Assembly: GCA_015231265.1 (NCBI GenBank)
Contig: JADGBX010000004.1
Span: 494 to 64,493 of the forward strand
Origin: Magnetococcales bacterium
Lineage (GTDB): Bacteria; Pseudomonadota; Magnetococcia; Magnetococcales; JADGBX01
Reading direction: 5' to 3'
DNA length: 64,000 nt
Positions 61,586 to 64,000 of this stretch are shown here, in pieces. A model generated the notes under the pieces. The model saw only the letters and a list, made by a program, of their open reading frames with translations, was not told where the DNA came from and did not search any database. Every line of letters begins with the position of its first letter. Position 1 is the first letter of the stretch. Made by a program: the position numbers and the translations under genes.

Positions 61586-62992
61586 GTGCCAGTCACTCTT
61601 TGGATCGACGGATTGATCTCAGAAGATGATCCCCCTCTGAAACAGAGTGCCCCTTCACTTTTTGGTCTCATGGCACGTGGCTCAGGGGGATTCGTCTCCA
61701 CACCCTGGCCTAAAACTCAGCATCCCGTAACAGTGACTGACTTGGGTGGAGAGAAAGAGCGCTCTATTACTGAAGAGGATTCCTCTTCCCTAACTCGTCT
61801 CGATCTTGCAGATCGACATCTACCTCTCTTATCTCTACTAGGACTCCTGCATTCGGATCAGGAAGCCCTGTTCTGTCCTGCACAACACTCTGCTTCACCC
61901 CTCCCCTCCTCTGCCTCGACATCACCTAACAACGCTGAAACAAACGTTGCGTTGATTCCTGTCCCCGGGATTTCGGAGGGGTACTTCGCTGCAGTGGATC
62001 ACTTTGGTCCAGATGGGGTGGATAGATCCCGTGTTTGGGGCCTGATGACCTTCACTCACCTGATGCCGAAGAAGGATCGCCTTCTCTTTGTCTCTCCCCA
62101 CCGTACCGGGCTCAATGCTGAAGAGATGGTAGAGATTATTGAGGCACTTCGGGAGGAGTTTGCAACAGAAGGGTGGTCCATATTACCGTTGGATGCCACA
62201 CGCTGCCTCATTGCGCTCCCAATCGGTAAAACAGGCTCGAATTCACCCCCATTTCGTGTTGGCACCATACCACCAGAGAGAATGGAAGGTCGATCGATCA
62301 GACCCTGGATGCCAGTGGGACCAGATGCATCCACGTTGCACCAATTGATGACCATAGGACAGCTTCTCCTGGCACGCCACCCTCTGAATACCACACGCAC
62401 CCTATCCGGTCGCCTTCCTCTGAACAGTCCGTGGATTTGGGGGATTTCAGCATCTCCTTTTCCATTGGCAGAGACAAAAGAGGGAAACAAAGCTCCCGAC
62501 TCTCGCAATGGATCACTTTGGTCCTCATCTCCTGTTGTCCGTGGAGCCGGTGCGCTTGCAGGGTTTGCGACCCAAGCGTTATCGTCGGAGTTTCCCTCTG
62601 CTAATCAGGATGAAACGCGCAACCTTCTTAACACGCTTTCGTCGCGCATTGAGCACAACCCTAAGGAGATTCACCTCCTTCATCTCCAAACCCCAGCCCA
62701 TCTCGCACGCCATGGATTGCACAATGAGAGACTGGAAATCGTATCACTCTTGGATAGCACTGTGATTGCTCCACTGGCTGAGATGCTACATAAACACTCT
62801 CAACCTCTTGTGATTACTGATGGTCTTCCTCTTAACAAGGATGGAACGACCCGTACTGAACCGCTGCTTTGGGTTGCAGCCCAGGGAAAAGAGTTACTCC
62901 CCAAACGCCGGTTCTGGCCAGTGGGAAACAGCCTGCCCAAAGAACAGATGTCCCTGCGGGATTTCGTTTCACGCTGGCTGACAGGTGAATGA
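61586..62992 (+). CDS. Degenerate cofactor-independent phosphoglycerate mutase-like (ApgM/RpfE-like) protein
   Basis: HPLN..R...GRLPLNSPWIWG signature; located between hom and recJ. Confidence 0.65.
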   Translation: MPVTLWIDGLISEDDPPLKQSAPSLFGLMARGSGGFVSTPWPKTQHPVTVTDLGGEKERSITEEDSSSLTRLDLADRHLPLLSLLGLLHSDQEALFCPAQHSASPLPSSASTSPNNAETNVALIPVPGISEGYFAAVDHFGPDGVDRSRVWGLMTFTHLMPKKDRLLFVSPHRTGLNAEEMVEIIEALREEFATEGWSILPLDATRCLIALPIGKTGSNSPPFRVGTIPPERMEGRSIRPWMPVGPDASTLHQLMTIGQLLLARHPLNTTRTLSGRLPLNSPWIWGISASPFPLAETKEGNKAPDSRNGSLWSSSPVVRGAGALAGFATQALSSEFPSANQDETRNLLNTLSSRIEHNPKEIHLLHLQTPAHLARHGLHNERLEIVSLLDSTVIAPLAEMLHKHSQPLVITDGLPLNKDGTTRTEPLLWVAAQGKELLPKRRFWPVGNSLPKEQMSLRDFVSRWLTGE

Positions 62993-62999
62993 GGTGAGC

Positions 63000-64000
63000 A
63001 TGGATACACTTTTCTCAACTCTGTCCTTGAAGGGAAGAGTCTGGAAAGCGCGAGCACTACCCGGTCAGGAACACAATCGCTTGGCCGATAAACTTGGTCT
63101 CAGTCCTGGACTGGCGCCCATGTTGGCGCATCGCAGAATCGATGATCAAGAGAGTGCTGGACTGTTCTTCCACCCAACTCTCAAGCAGCTTCCTGACCCT
63201 CATGATCTTAAAGACATGCAACGGGCGGTGCGGCGTGTAATTGAAGCACTGGAGAACAAGCAGTCCATCGCAGTCTTTGGTGACTATGATGTGGATGGAA
63301 CAACCTCATCTGCTCTAATGGCACGCTATTTCCGCGCGCTCGGGGTTACCATCCGGATCTATATCCCCAACCGTCTGACTGAGGGGTATGGCCCTAATGC
63401 CGACGCTATTAGACTTCTCAAAGAAGAGGGTACCGATCTACTGCTAACCGTAGATTGCGGTATCACCTCTTTTGATGAGTTGGAACTCGCCTCTGAACTG
63501 GGCATGGACGTGATCGTCACCGATCACCATCAACAATCGCCTCGTGGACTGCCCAAGGCAGTAGCCGTCGTCAATCCCAATCGCGCTGACGACACCTCTT
63601 CCCATACGATGTTGGCCGGCGTAGGGGTAGCTTTCTACTTGGTTCTGGCGATCAATCGCGAACTGCGCACGCAGGGCTGGTTCACTTCGTCTCGTCCAGA
63701 ACCGGACACGCGAAACCTCATGGATCTTGTCGCGCTGGGCACCGTGGCCGACATGGTGTCTCTGACAGGCGCCAATCGACCTCTGGTATCTGCTGGTTTA
63801 CGCTGGAGCGGGCGCACGGGAAATCTCGGTTTCAACGCCTTGGCACAGGCCGTGGGAGCAACCATCCCGATCAAATCGGACCACATTGGTTTCCGTCTTG
63901 GTCCACGCATCAATGCTGCGGGTCGCCTGGGAAAAACCGGTCTCGGCGTGACACTACTGACAACCGACGATCCTGAGCAGGCCAAGATGCTTGCTGAGAC
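63000..64000 (+). CDS. recJ: Single-stranded-DNA exonuclease RecJ (5' part; runs off the window)
   Basis: ATG 63000 after GAGGTG; my translation shows GDYDVDG, PNRLTEGYG, TVDCG, VTDHH, LAGVGV, LVALGTVAD, PRINAAGRL. Confidence 0.96.
   Translation, partial: MDTLFSTLSLKGRVWKARALPGQEHNRLADKLGLSPGLAPMLAHRRIDDQESAGLFFHPTLKQLPDPHDLKDMQRAVRRVIEALENKQSIAVFGDYDVDGTTSSALMARYFRALGVTIRIYIPNRLTEGYGPNADAIRLLKEEGTDLLLTVDCGITSFDELELASELGMDVIVTDHHQQSPRGLPKAVAVVNPNRADDTSSHTMLAGVGVAFYLVLAINRELRTQGWFTSSRPEPDTRNLMDLVALGTVADMVSLTGANRPLVSAGLRWSGRTGNLGFNALAQAVGATIPIKSDHIGFRLGPRINAAGRLGKTGLGVTLLTTDDPEQAKMLAE

Noticed and set aside
1-64000. Magnetosome genes, tRNA/rRNA genes, prophage or defence systems
   Set aside because: None recognisable by eye; a tRNAscan/Infernal/DefenseFinder run would be needed to exclude small elements.

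Overview
Gene-dense bacterial chromosomal segment with about 50 CDSs. I saw no rRNA, tRNA, CRISPR array, prophage or intact mobile element. The gene mix combines alphaproteobacterial-type GapR/DUF2312 and petABC with delta-like genes, CheV and a CCG-anchored SdhABE, which suggests a Magnetococcales-type proteobacterium (inference only; no magnetosome genes in this window). Housekeeping genes include trmL, petABC, class I fumarase, a pabB-pabC fusion, sdhAB plus an HdrB-like subunit, leuS-lptE-holA, rlmKL, htpG, sixA, alaC-hom and partial recJ. The main candidates for undescribed biology are: (1) a MatP-like DNA-binding domain with a ribbon-helix-helix, fused via a disordered linker to a transmembrane helix (38277-39248), a possible direct chromosome-membrane tether; (2) an acyl-AMP ligase-SGNH-carrier protein fusion coupled to a methyltransferase (6817-9953); (3) an operon of a Tat-exported Fe-S aldo/keto reductase, a DUF6599-like protein, a DUF362 protein and a NapH-NapG-like fusion (39260-44066); (4) a TetR-controlled MMPL / LolA-like / SPOR / beta-barrel operon with two clear palindromic operators (52810-58725). 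All family assignments come from motif recognition by eye; no searches were run.
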